Below are positions 8,816 through 18,100 of a stretch of DNA of 64,000 nt, piece by piece; position 1 is the stretch's first letter; the number at the start of each line of letters is the position of its first letter. This DNA is from a bacterium (lineage in GTDB: Archaea > Thermoplasmatota > E2 > JACPAO01 > JAHFTW01). The stretch spans positions 128,001-192,000 of the forward strand of contig JAZJZE010000005.1 of NCBI GenBank assembly GCA_040390065.1, read 5' to 3'. A model generated the notes under the pieces. The model saw only the letters and a list, made by a program, of their open reading frames with translations. It had not been told where the DNA came from and did no database searches. The translations under genes and the position numbers were made by a program.

Positions 8816-11800
8816 CTAGCGCTTGCGTGGGCGCAGCACGACGAAGAGCAGGCCGGCCACGACGACGGCTCCAATCACCGCTGCGGTCACGCCGAGCATG
8901 AGGGACGAGCCTGATGGGACGTTGTCGCCGCTTGCCGTGGCCTTCGGGGGCTCTGCCGTCGTCACGTCCTGCGTCACCGGGGCGGCGTCGGCGCCGAGGC
9001 GCAGCGACACCTTGTAGGTGCCAGGCGTCGCATACGTGTGCTGGATTGTGGCCTGCAGGCTTTGCTGCTGTTCGCCGTCGCCGAAGTCCCAGAAGTAGGA
9101 GTCGGCCGGCGCGTTGGCGCTGAACAGGACGGAGCCGTCGCGCTGCTGTGCGGCGTGGAAGCCCGGCGGGACGATGGAGGGCGCCTGCAGCCAGATGCGC
9201 ACCGTGTCCGTGGCGCTGGCGGACGCGTCACTCACGGTGAGTTTGACGTCGATGTAAGCCGCGGTGGTGTCCGAGGGCGTCGTGAGGGTGACGGTCTTGC
9301 CGCTTGCCGGCAGGCCTGCGACGGTTGCACCGCCGATGTTGCTCCACGCGAACGTGACTGCGTCGCCGTCCGGATCGAGCGAAGCGGCAGCATCGAGCGT
9401 GACGGTGTCGCCGCGCAGGATGGTCTGGTCCCGGCCGGCGTCGGCGATTGGCGCGTGCTGGTCCTTGCCGATGACCGTGACGCGCACGAAGTCCTCGATG
9501 GAATCGGCCTGACCGTCGAAGCCCTTCACGGCAAACAGCAGTTGCAGCGGCGTGTCGGCCTTCAAGAGGTTGGGCGCAACGAAGTCGGGCGAGGAGGTGC
9601 TTGGATTCTTCAGGTCGATGACCGGACCGGCTGCCTGGCGCCAGGAGTAGACGAGGCCGTCCTGGGCACCGGACCTGGACATGGCCAGAAGCTTGACCTG
9701 TACGCCTTCACGCACGACTTGGTCCTCGCCTGCGTCCACGACCGGCCGCGCGAGACCGCCGCCGGGGCCGCTGGTCCCGCCGTTGCCGCCGGTGGGCGGT
9801 GCGTTGGGGTCCTGCGAGTTGCCGGAGAACGTGCCCGGCGGCAGCATGCTCAGCCGGACGTCCTTGAACGCAGCGCAGCCGCCGGTGTCGACGACGACGA
9901 GGCGGACCAGGTAGTCGCCGGGGCTGGCGTAGGTGTGCTGCGTGTTGGTGTCGGTGGAGGTGAACCCGTCGCCGAAGTCCCAGCTCCACGAATGCACGGT
10001 GCCCGCGCCGGCTGGCAGGTACGTGAAGGAGATGGGCTCGCCGGATTCGAGCGGGTTGCCCGTGATGGAGAAGTCGGCGCTGAGGCCGCCGCAGTCGCCG
10101 CCGCAGGTGGGGTCGTCTTGGCAGGCCCCGGGATCCATCACGGTGATGGAGAAGCAGACTTCGTTGACGCTCGTGTCGATGCCGCCTAGGGCGGTGCCGC
10201 CGTTGTCTTTGGCGCGGAAGCAGATGTTGCTGTAGGTCCCGACGATGTTGCCGACGAACGACAGTTTGGCCGTATTTCCGGACGTAAGACCGCCGGAGCG
10301 GGTCAACGTCGGCCCGCTCGAGAACGCGCCCGCTGGTGGCGATGAGACCATGGGGAAGTCGATGGCCTGCGTGACCTCGTCGACGGCTGTTGCCGGCCCG
10401 GCGGCGATGCCCGTCGCGAAGTTGGAGTACGTGACGAGGATGTGCGCCGGCCCGCTTGGCGTCGTGCTCGGCGTCGGGTTCAAGGTCGGTGCATCGTTGA
10501 TGCAGGTGACGTCAACTTGGCCGTTTGCGGCAAATGGTGGCGTCGGCGTGTTGAGCGGCGCGAGGCCGACGTTGTCCGTGATCTTCATCGGAATCTGCAC
10601 AGGGGAGCCGAGCGCGTAGGTCGTGCAGTAGTTCGGCGCAGGCGTGAAGGCCCGTACGCAGGAACCGGGTGCCGTGTTGGGGCCCAGGCCGGGAGTCAGC
10701 GTCCCCACCGTGGCCGCCGGCAACGACTGCACGTTGCAGTACACGACGTCGCCGTCGACGATGGCGGTTGGCGTGGGACAATATGTTGGCGCTGCGCAAT
10801 TCTCGTCGATGGCGAGCATGACGGTCGGCGTGCCGGTCGAGTCTTCGTTGATGAGCTGCACCGGGCCGCCCTTCGGCAGGCGGTTGGGGTAGTAGAGGAC
10901 CGCGCGCTGGTTGAAGCACACGTTCGTGTCGAGGCTGTAGGTGTTGCAGCAGTTGCCCGGCGGGCCGTACTGGCAGTAGGGGCCGAAGCGGTAGTTCAGG
11001 CCGTACACGGAGCCGCCAAGGAAGGGGCTGTTGATGCCGAGCGAGGCGTAGTTCGGGATGGGGGCCGCGTTGTCCGGCTTCTGGTCCGGTGTGCGCACGT
11101 CCTTCAGCATGACCTCGACGAAGTCGTACCGGGGGATGGTCGCCACGGGGTCCGTCGCTTCGACGAGTTCGATCTCGAACGTCGCCCAGTAGCATTGGGC
11201 GTGCGGCGGGTTGGCGCAGGTCGGCGTCCCCGGCGAGGGCGGGTCCTGGCAGGTCGAGGCGGGCGCGTCGCCGGAGTGCACGAGGGCGCCGTTCCATTCG
11301 ACGATCCAGCGGCGGTTGGGCGCAACGCCGATGAGCCGGGTGTAGACGCCCATGTCCGTGAGGGCAGGGGAGACCTTCTGGCATGCGGGGTCCGTCGGGT
11401 TCGCCTCCATGTCCTTGACCCAGTAGCCAGCGATCATGGCGCGCGGGTACTTCGTGCCGTCCGTCTGGGGCAGCCCGCACGCCGTCGGTGTCGCGCACGC
11501 TTCGGGGAAGGGGCATTGCTTGGGCGGGCCCGCGACGCAGGCGACGCCAGGGGCCACGGAACCGACGTTGTCGAGTTGGATGAAGCCGTTCGAGTTCACC
11601 CAGGCGCAGTCGTAGGTGTTGCCGTAGAACTTGAAGGCGAACGAGCCGGCGCCGCCCGTGTCGAATGGGATGCATGTGCCGGAGTTGTACTCCTGCCGGC
11701 CGAGCTTGCCAGCGGTCGTCCCGGGGACCGGTGTGCCTCCGGTGGAAATCTCCGTCCAGCTGTAGGTGGGCTTGACATGGTAGGCGGAGAAGTCGGCGCT

Positions 11801-12028
11801 GTCAATCCAGCGGTACTTGTTCTGGTCATACGTCGTCGGCGCGCCATCGCTGGCCTTGTAGCATACCGGACTGGAGGGCCCGATGGGACCGCACGAGGAA
11901 GCCGTGCCGGCCGAGGCGGCGTGTGGTAGAAGCGCCAGCACCGCGGCGCCGGCGACCAGGAGGAGAGCCACCGTCGTCCAGGAAGGGAGGGAAGGGCTGT
12001 TGCGTTCGACCGTCGCGTTTCCGTACAA
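8816..12028 (-). CDS. PKD-domain cell-surface protein (Cys-rich NIDO-like head, cadherin-like repeat, shared stalk, C-terminal TM)
   Basis: Signal peptide ..LALLPHAASA; FAFKFYGNTYDCAWVNSNGFI..IAGYW; INDAP..DNGGTALGGIDTS cadherin-like repeat; WDFGDG motifs; TM then RPRKR. Confidence 0.85.
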   Translation of the reverse strand: MYGNATVERNSPSLPSWTTVALLLVAGAAVLALLPHAASAGTASSCGPIGPSSPVCYKASDGAPTTYDQNKYRWIDSADFSAYHVKPTYSWTEISTGGTPVPGTTAGKLGRQEYNSGTCIPFDTGGAGSFAFKFYGNTYDCAWVNSNGFIQLDNVGSVAPGVACVAGPPKQCPFPEACATPTACGLPQTDGTKYPRAMIAGYWVKDMEANPTDPACQKVSPALTDMGVYTRLIGVAPNRRWIVEWNGALVHSGDAPASTCQDPPSPGTPTCANPPHAQCYWATFEIELVEATDPVATIPRYDFVEVMLKDVRTPDQKPDNAAPIPNYASLGINSPFLGGSVYGLNYRFGPYCQYGPPGNCCNTYSLDTNVCFNQRAVLYYPNRLPKGGPVQLINEDSTGTPTVMLAIDENCAAPTYCPTPTAIVDGDVVYCNVQSLPAATVGTLTPGLGPNTAPGSCVRAFTPAPNYCTTYALGSPVQIPMKITDNVGLAPLNTPTPPFAANGQVDVTCINDAPTLNPTPSTTPSGPAHILVTYSNFATGIAAGPATAVDEVTQAIDFPMVSSPPAGAFSSGPTLTRSGGLTSGNTAKLSFVGNIVGTYSNICFRAKDNGGTALGGIDTSVNEVCFSITVMDPGACQDDPTCGGDCGGLSADFSITGNPLESGEPISFTYLPAGAGTVHSWSWDFGDGFTSTDTNTQHTYASPGDYLVRLVVVDTGGCAAFKDVRLSMLPPGTFSGNSQDPNAPPTGGNGGTSGPGGGLARPVVDAGEDQVVREGVQVKLLAMSRSGAQDGLVYSWRQAAGPVIDLKNPSTSSPDFVAPNLLKADTPLQLLFAVKGFDGQADSIEDFVRVTVIGKDQHAPIADAGRDQTILRGDTVTLDAAASLDPDGDAVTFAWSNIGGATVAGLPASGKTVTLTTPSDTTAAYIDVKLTVSDASASATDTVRIWLQAPSIVPPGFHAAQQRDGSVLFSANAPADSYFWDFGDGEQQQSLQATIQHTYATPGTYKVSLRLGADAAPVTQDVTTAEPPKATASGDNVPSGSSLMLGVTAAVIGAVVVAGLLFVVLRPRKR

Positions 12029-12124
12029 ACTGAACCACCGGTCCTCAGGAGGACTACGTGTTTCAAGCCACCCGTTTTACTTGAGGTTTCCGGCCAGGTC
12101 CGGTGGAAACCGTCCCGGCCCCGC

Positions 12125-13381
12125 CTAGCGCGGCGCTGCGAGGAAATAGTAGGCCAGGTAGACGCCGGCTCCAGCCATGAGGAGGCCAGCCAACCGCTGA
12201 ATCGCGGGCGTCCATTCCAGCAGACGGCGGGCCTTCGTCATGGCGCCTTCCGCGACGATGGCCGCGATGAGAACGACCACCAGCGCGACGGCGGTGGCGT
12301 ACAGCACAAACAGCAGGATGCCTGTCGCGGTGCTCTCGAAAAAGCCGGCAAGCAGGAGCGGCAGGAACAGCGGGGCCGTGCACCCGAAGCCGGCCAGGGC
12401 GAAGGCGAGGCCAAAGACGAAGAAGCCACGGCGCCCGTCCACGGCGCGACTGGCCCTGCCGAGACCGGGAACACCGCGGCCGAGCATGGCCATGATGCCG
12501 AAGGCGACGAGCGCGATGCCGACGGCCGGTCCGAGATACGGGATGGTAGCCCGCAAGGGAGCGCCGGCCAAGGTGAACAGGATGCCCAGGAGCGCGTAGA
12601 GAATGACGATGCCGGCCGCGGCCGACAGGCCACCCAGCAGGCTGCGCCGGATGCGCACGGCGGGCGGCGCGGCGCGGACCTCCTCGAGGAGCATGCCGAG
12701 GTAGGCGGGAATCATGCCGGCGCTGCATGGCGTCAGGACGGAGGCGGCGCCCGCGACGAAGGCGAGGCCGCCGAGCGACAGACGCAGGAGCGGCACCGGG
12801 ATGGCCGAGCCGACCATGGAGGCACGCACGGCGCCGTCGACGTCCCCGAGGGCGGGCTCGCCCGCGTAGTCGTAGGCAAGCTGGCCGGTAGGGGTCACCA
12901 CGATGACGCGGGGCAGGCCCGTGACGGAGTACTTGCGCCAGACGTGGTCGGTGTCGAGGGCGTGGCGCCACGGGACTCCGGACTCCTTCTGCACGGCGAG
13001 GACGTCCGCCGTCGTCTCGCCCGCGAAGCCTTCCACGGCTGCAGGGTCAGCCCAGGCGTCGATCGAGAGGATGGCGAAGTCCGTGTCGTTGCCGTAGCGC
13101 TGCCACAAGGGCCGCAAGACGTCCGCCGTCACGTAGCGGCAGGACGTGCATGAACGCGCCATGAGGTCGAGCACGACCGTCTTGCCATGGTAGTCGGCAA
13201 GGGTGAAGTTCAGGGGCTGTCCCTGCACGCCGTCCTCGTAGCCGGTGGAACGCAGCGCGAAGCCGGGGGCCGGGGCGTCCACGTGCGCGGCCGACCACAG
13301 GCTTGCCACAAGTGGGGCGCCCACCGCAAGGCCGAGAAGGAGCCACATCCCGAACGTCCCGGGGCGGACCTGGTCAGCCAC
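12125..13381 (-). CDS. TlpA/redoxin-CcdA (cytochrome c biogenesis / DsbD TM domain) fusion protein
   Basis: GKTVVLDLMARSCTSC thioredoxin-like CxxC, followed by CcdA motifs AFVAGAASVLTPC..IPAYL and GFGCTAP in a multi-TM domain. GTG start at 13381 overlaps the upstream stop. Confidence 0.8.
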   Translation of the reverse strand: MADQVRPGTFGMWLLLGLAVGAPLVASLWSAAHVDAPAPGFALRSTGYEDGVQGQPLNFTLADYHGKTVVLDLMARSCTSCRYVTADVLRPLWQRYGNDTDFAILSIDAWADPAAVEGFAGETTADVLAVQKESGVPWRHALDTDHVWRKYSVTGLPRVIVVTPTGQLAYDYAGEPALGDVDGAVRASMVGSAIPVPLLRLSLGGLAFVAGAASVLTPCSAGMIPAYLGMLLEEVRAAPPAVRIRRSLLGGLSAAAGIVILYALLGILFTLAGAPLRATIPYLGPAVGIALVAFGIMAMLGRGVPGLGRASRAVDGRRGFFVFGLAFALAGFGCTAPLFLPLLLAGFFESTATGILLFVLYATAVALVVVLIAAIVAEGAMTKARRLLEWTPAIQRLAGLLMAGAGVYLAYYFLAAPR

Positions 13382-13940
13382 GACGCCTCCAGGACAGAAG
13401 GGAGAGGGCGACAATCAGCACGGCAAGCGGCGCGGCTGGGGTGCCGTGCGATTCGTCCACGACGCGGAAAGCGAGGTAGTGCTGCTCTTGGCAGGCGAAT
13501 GCTGCGGAACCCGCGCACGCCGGGTCGTCCGCGGCCGGCCCATCGGGGAAGAGGGCGGTGCGAGCCGATGCGCCGGCACCCTCCGTGAGGACCCATTCGA
13601 CGCCGAGGTGCCAACCGGGCTGGAAGTCGACCGGGTGGCCGCCGGCAAGGTACGATGACGTGTTGAAGCGGAACGTGTCGCCGTCGCGGACGGCGGGCAT
13701 GGGCGGTGCGAAGCACGAGGCGCCGACGCGGCAGATTTGGAACGCGGCTGCGGTCACGTTGCTGCCGGGGCGCATGGTCAGCCAGCCGGACCAATGCGTG
13801 TGGGGCGCGACCAGGGCGGGCTCGTGCCCGGCGGAAAGGACGTCAGGCCGCAAGGTCGGGGCCTCGGCCTCGTCGTGGGCAGCCGCGGGGGCCCAGACAA
13901 CCAACATCACCACGGCGGCGATGAGGACGAGCCGGGCCAT
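13374..13940 (-). CDS. Secreted hypothetical protein with C-terminal PGF-CTERM-like anchor
   Basis: MARLVLIAAVVMLVVWAPAAA signal peptide; C-terminus TPAAPLAVLIVALSLLSWRRRG. This is the 3' part of ORF 13374..15308. Confidence 0.7.
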   Translation of the reverse strand: MARLVLIAAVVMLVVWAPAAAHDEAEAPTLRPDVLSAGHEPALVAPHTHWSGWLTMRPGSNVTAAAFQICRVGASCFAPPMPAVRDGDTFRFNTSSYLAGGHPVDFQPGWHLGVEWVLTEGAGASARTALFPDGPAADDPACAGSAAFACQEQHYLAFRVVDESHGTPAAPLAVLIVALSLLSWRRRG

Positions 13941-14063
13941 GTTGGTCCCCGCAGGCTGGAACGGCAAAAGCGTTGTTGTGCGTGGGCCGAAGGATTGCGC
14001 GCCATGGGCGTCTTTCATCGGTGCTCCAATCTCCTCATACACCCCCGCCGCCTCGCCGCCCCC

Positions 14064-15125
14064 ATGCGCTTCGGCGTCGCCCTCCTTGCCCTGCCCATGA
14101 TTGCCTTGGCCTTCTCCGGCTGCGTCGGCGGCGGCGAGATGGCGGCCCGCGGCGGCTACTCCATCGCCCTCGACCGCGCGCACGAACGCGACGCAAACGC
14201 AGTGCTCGTCGACGTGTCCGGCCTCGAATTGTCCGACACGAAGCCGTTCGAGGACGCAATCGCGCAGGCCGGAGGTGCCGACGAGGAGGGCATGGCCGCA
14301 ATCAAGGCCCTCGTGCCCCGCTCGGACGGCGCCGTCGGCGATGGCCAGGCGCCGGCGTGGGGCTACGTCTTTGCGGGCCCCCAGGGCGTGACGGCGGTCG
14401 TCGTGGACGCAAGCGGGTCCATCACGTACGCGCGAGAGGCACCGACGTCGAAGTCGATGGAGTCCAGCCTGGATGGTGCCAGCTTCTCGGAGTGGACCAT
14501 CGATTCGGACCGCGCCGCTCAGGTCGTGGCTGACCACGACGCCGGCTTCCGCGCCCTCAGTGCGTCGGCCAACGGCGCCGTCAGCTACGAGTTGTCGCGC
14601 AACACCGGACGCCTGGTGTGGGACGTGCGAGGTGGCGACGCCGATTTCACCGGCTCCGCAGGCCCTTCGAACTCCTTCAGCTATCAGGTCGACGCGATGA
14701 CGGGCGAACTCGTCAACCGCACCATCACCAAACCGCCGGTGCCCACCATCCTGCCCCGTGAGGCCGGTGCCGAACAGGGGAGCCTCTCGGTCATCGACTC
14801 GACCCGGCACTCGACCTTCTCGGTGAAGGACGGCCACGACACGCTCGAACTGGTGCTGAGCCGCAACGATGTCGTGGGCGCGGCGAACGACCTCCAAGCC
14901 AAGGTGACCTCGCCCGACGGCACGGCCTACGACCTCGAAGTGAACACGATCCTCAGCGTCGTCAGCCACCTCAGCGACTCCACCTCGGCGCCCATGCCGA
15001 CGGGTGGCAAATGGACCGTGGACGTGACCCTCGCGCAGGGCGCGACGTCGGACTACGCGTTCTCGTGGTGCACGGACGGCATCGGCAACGCCGGCGGCGA
15101 CAACGAAGCCTGCCAGCAGATCTAG
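14064..15125 (+). CDS. Putative lipoprotein (hypothetical)
   Basis: MRFGVALLALPMIALAFSGC lipobox-like signal; host-like codon usage. Confidence 0.75.
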   Translation: MRFGVALLALPMIALAFSGCVGGGEMAARGGYSIALDRAHERDANAVLVDVSGLELSDTKPFEDAIAQAGGADEEGMAAIKALVPRSDGAVGDGQAPAWGYVFAGPQGVTAVVVDASGSITYAREAPTSKSMESSLDGASFSEWTIDSDRAAQVVADHDAGFRALSASANGAVSYELSRNTGRLVWDVRGGDADFTGSAGPSNSFSYQVDAMTGELVNRTITKPPVPTILPREAGAEQGSLSVIDSTRHSTFSVKDGHDTLELVLSRNDVVGAANDLQAKVTSPDGTAYDLEVNTILSVVSHLSDSTSAPMPTGGKWTVDVTLAQGATSDYAFSWCTDGIGNAGGDNEACQQI

Positions 15126-18100
15126 ATCGGAATGCGCTGCGGTCCCGCGTCGCAGAACAGCAGGAAGCCCATGTGCAGCACGAGGAGAAGGAGCGCGAGC
15201 CAGAGGATGCCGAGGCCGGGGAGGTCGACGGCGTGGACCCGCACCTGGTCGATAGGGTCGCCTGAACAGGCGCGGCTGGGGGAGCCGGCCTTGTACGCCT
15301 CGATCCACGCGCCATCCGGATGGCCGGGGCCGAGGCAGGTGGCGCCGGGGGCGATGTGGACCGCCTCCACGTCGACGTACAGGTCGCCGTTCCAGCGATG
15401 CAGGGTCGCCGGCGTCGGATAATGCGCCTGCGCCACCTCTTCCCAGTGCAGCCGGCCTTCCACGTCGCCTTGCACGGCGGCGCCCGAGCGCACCGTGAAG
15501 TGTGGCGCGATGGTGTCCAGCGGGCCCGGCGGTCCGCTCGCCGCGCCGTCGAAGGTGACGGTCTGGCCGCCGATGGTGAGCGCGTCCCCAAGATGCGGCT
15601 CGGCGTCAGCGGTCGTCTTGTAGTACGTGGTGCCGGCGTAGCCGAGGACGGCGATGGCCATGGCGAGGTGGACGCCGTAGAGGCCGACTTGCCCCAGGCG
15701 GGCGCGGGCCTTGCCGTCCGGGGGCGATACCGTCGTTTGGCGGCGCCGCAACCACCAGGACAGCGCGGCAAGCGGCGCTGCAACGTAGAATCCAGCCAGC
15801 GCGCCGACCAGCAGGTGGAGGCTGCCGGACCCGCGGGACGGGCCGCCCACCATCGACCACGTCGCCCAGGCAAGGGCCGCCAGGGCGATTGCGATGATGG
15901 GCAAGGTGACAAGGAACGGCACGTGCAGCGAGCCGCCGCCGATGTTGATTGCGGGAGGCGTCACCCAGAACAGGACGTCCGCGAGGGCGGCCAGCCAGAG
16001 CAGGAGGTCAGCCATGCGGGTACGGCGGCTTGCGCCGGGGACCCATGCTGCGCGGCGGACGCGGTCCAGGCTGACGGCGACCAGCGCGGCGGAGAGGACG
16101 AGGAGGAAGGGTCCGCCACGGTGGCCCACGAACATCCATTGCGCAACGGACCCGGCGAGGAGGGCGGCCACGGCAATCCATAGACTGCGGCGTCGCCCGT
16201 GCACTTGGTGCGCCTGCAGCACGATGAGGCCGAGGAGGACGGGTGCTGCGAGATACGGGAAGCGCGCCTCGTAGAACGCCGTCGACCAGCCGTTGGCTGC
16301 CATCATGTGGAAGAGGAAAAGCACGAGGAGCGCCATGCCGAGGACGAGGACGGCGTACGCGTTGAGGGTCCGGAGGGTGATGCCCTTCACGAATGCCTGC
16401 AGGAATTCGACGCACGCTGCGTAGACGCTGCGCTTCTTGGCCATGCGAGGCACCTCGACGGCGGCGCCCAGGACCTGCGGCTCGAACAGTGCGGGAGCGG
16501 CGGCCACGGCGACGGCGGCGAAACCGAGAAGCAGCAGGCCATACCCCGTGGACCCGGTGGCACGGTGCGCCCCTTCCAACAGGAGAGAGAAGGCGCTGGT
16601 CGGGGCGCAGATGACGTACGCCGCGTAGACGCCGAAGACGGCGGCGATGGACCATGACAGAGCGTTCATTCGCCCCGTGTCGCGCGCCAGCCGCCGGGCC
16701 CACAGCGCGAGGAACACCGCCAACGTGGTGAGGAACATCGCGACATGGAAGCCGAGGCTTGGGTCGGCCGCGAGGATGTCGAGGAAGCGGCCCGCCGCAT
16801 CGGGGTTGAAGCGGTTTGTCGGGTCCGTGAAGGCGTGCACCGACACCCAGAGGCCGCTGCGGGTCGAGATGGTCGAGAAGACCGTGAGCATGAACGGCAG
16901 GATGGCAAGGAGCGGGCCGACGCGGGCGTACGAGCCGTGGCGCCGGTGGTGCAGTTGCGCGTGCAGGTACACCGTGAAGGCGAGCCACGGCAGGAGGTTG
17001 GCGACCTCGACCGGATCCCACGCGAAGTAGCCGCCGAAGCCCAACGTGTAGTACGCCCACATCGCGCCCAAGCCCAAGGCGAACGTCATGACGAGCCAGC
17101 CGGACCGCGCCCACGCCATCGCGACGGTGCTCCATTTGCCGGTCCCGGATGCGACGTGGCCGATGGCCGACGCGGCCGGCACGGCTGCCAGGCCGTAGGC
17201 GAGGAACATGAGCGGCGGATGGATGAGGATGAATCCGGATTTCAGCGTCGGACTCAGGCCGTTGCCGCGCAGCGCGCTGTTGAGGAGGTCCGGACTCGTC
17301 GGGGAGAACGGCGAGTCGGCAAGCACAGCGAGGATGAACAGCAGCAGCCCCGATGCCAGCACGAGGCGCGTCCATGAGCGAGCCCGCGCCGTGACGAGGT
17401 CGGCGTGGACGGTCCGGCTTCGCCAAGCAAAGAGTGCCGTGACGCACGCCAGCATGACGGTCCACAGGAGAAGTGAACCCTCCCGGCCGGCCCACGCTCC
17501 CGCCACGCGCCACGGCCACTCGACGTCGGCGCGGGTGTAGAATAGGACGGATTGGTACGTCAGGTCGACGGCCAGGAAGCGGCCGATGAGGAAGAGGAAT
17601 GTCCCCGTGACGGCGACGGCGGCGCCTCCAAGCAGCCACGAACCGAGGCGGCCAGCTTGGACGGACGGTTTGCGCACGTCGCGCGCGGCGACGACGATGG
17701 CCCCGGCGACCGCCATGGCCGCAGCCAAGAGGACCCACTCGGCCCCCGCCATCGGTTCCCCCAAGTGCAAGAGCCGGGCCCCGACCCCATGGTACGGCCC
17801 CGGTGCGCGGAAGTAGCCCTCGCGCGACGGCTCCACGGACGAGGTCGCGTTGGCGTAGCGGATGGCCAGTTGTTCGACGGCGAGGTCGCCATACAGGCAC
17901 GGCGGACACCAAGTGGCCGAGTACAGTTCGACGAGCGGCGCCTTGGCCGTCTGCGTCACGTCGATGCCATCGACGGCGGCGCTCGTCGCCTGCAGGACCT
18001 CGTGCGGAGCAAAACGCCCGCCGGACCCTCCGGCTTGGACCCAGATAGCGATGCGCAACTGGTCGCGGTGCCAGTTGGCGGGGATGGCAAACGCCGTCGC

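Noticed and set aside
319-11929. Long plus-strand ORFs (319..2985, 5924..8707, 10442..11929)
   Set aside because: Antisense shadows of the PKD genes, typical of high-GC DNA; Arg/Gly-rich translations with no motifs.
12086-12111. ORB-like TCCGGTGGAAAC / GTTTCC..GGAAAC inverted repeat upstream of the adhesin array
   Set aside because: A single intergenic copy far from cdc6 and without a G-string; too weak to call as an origin or operator.
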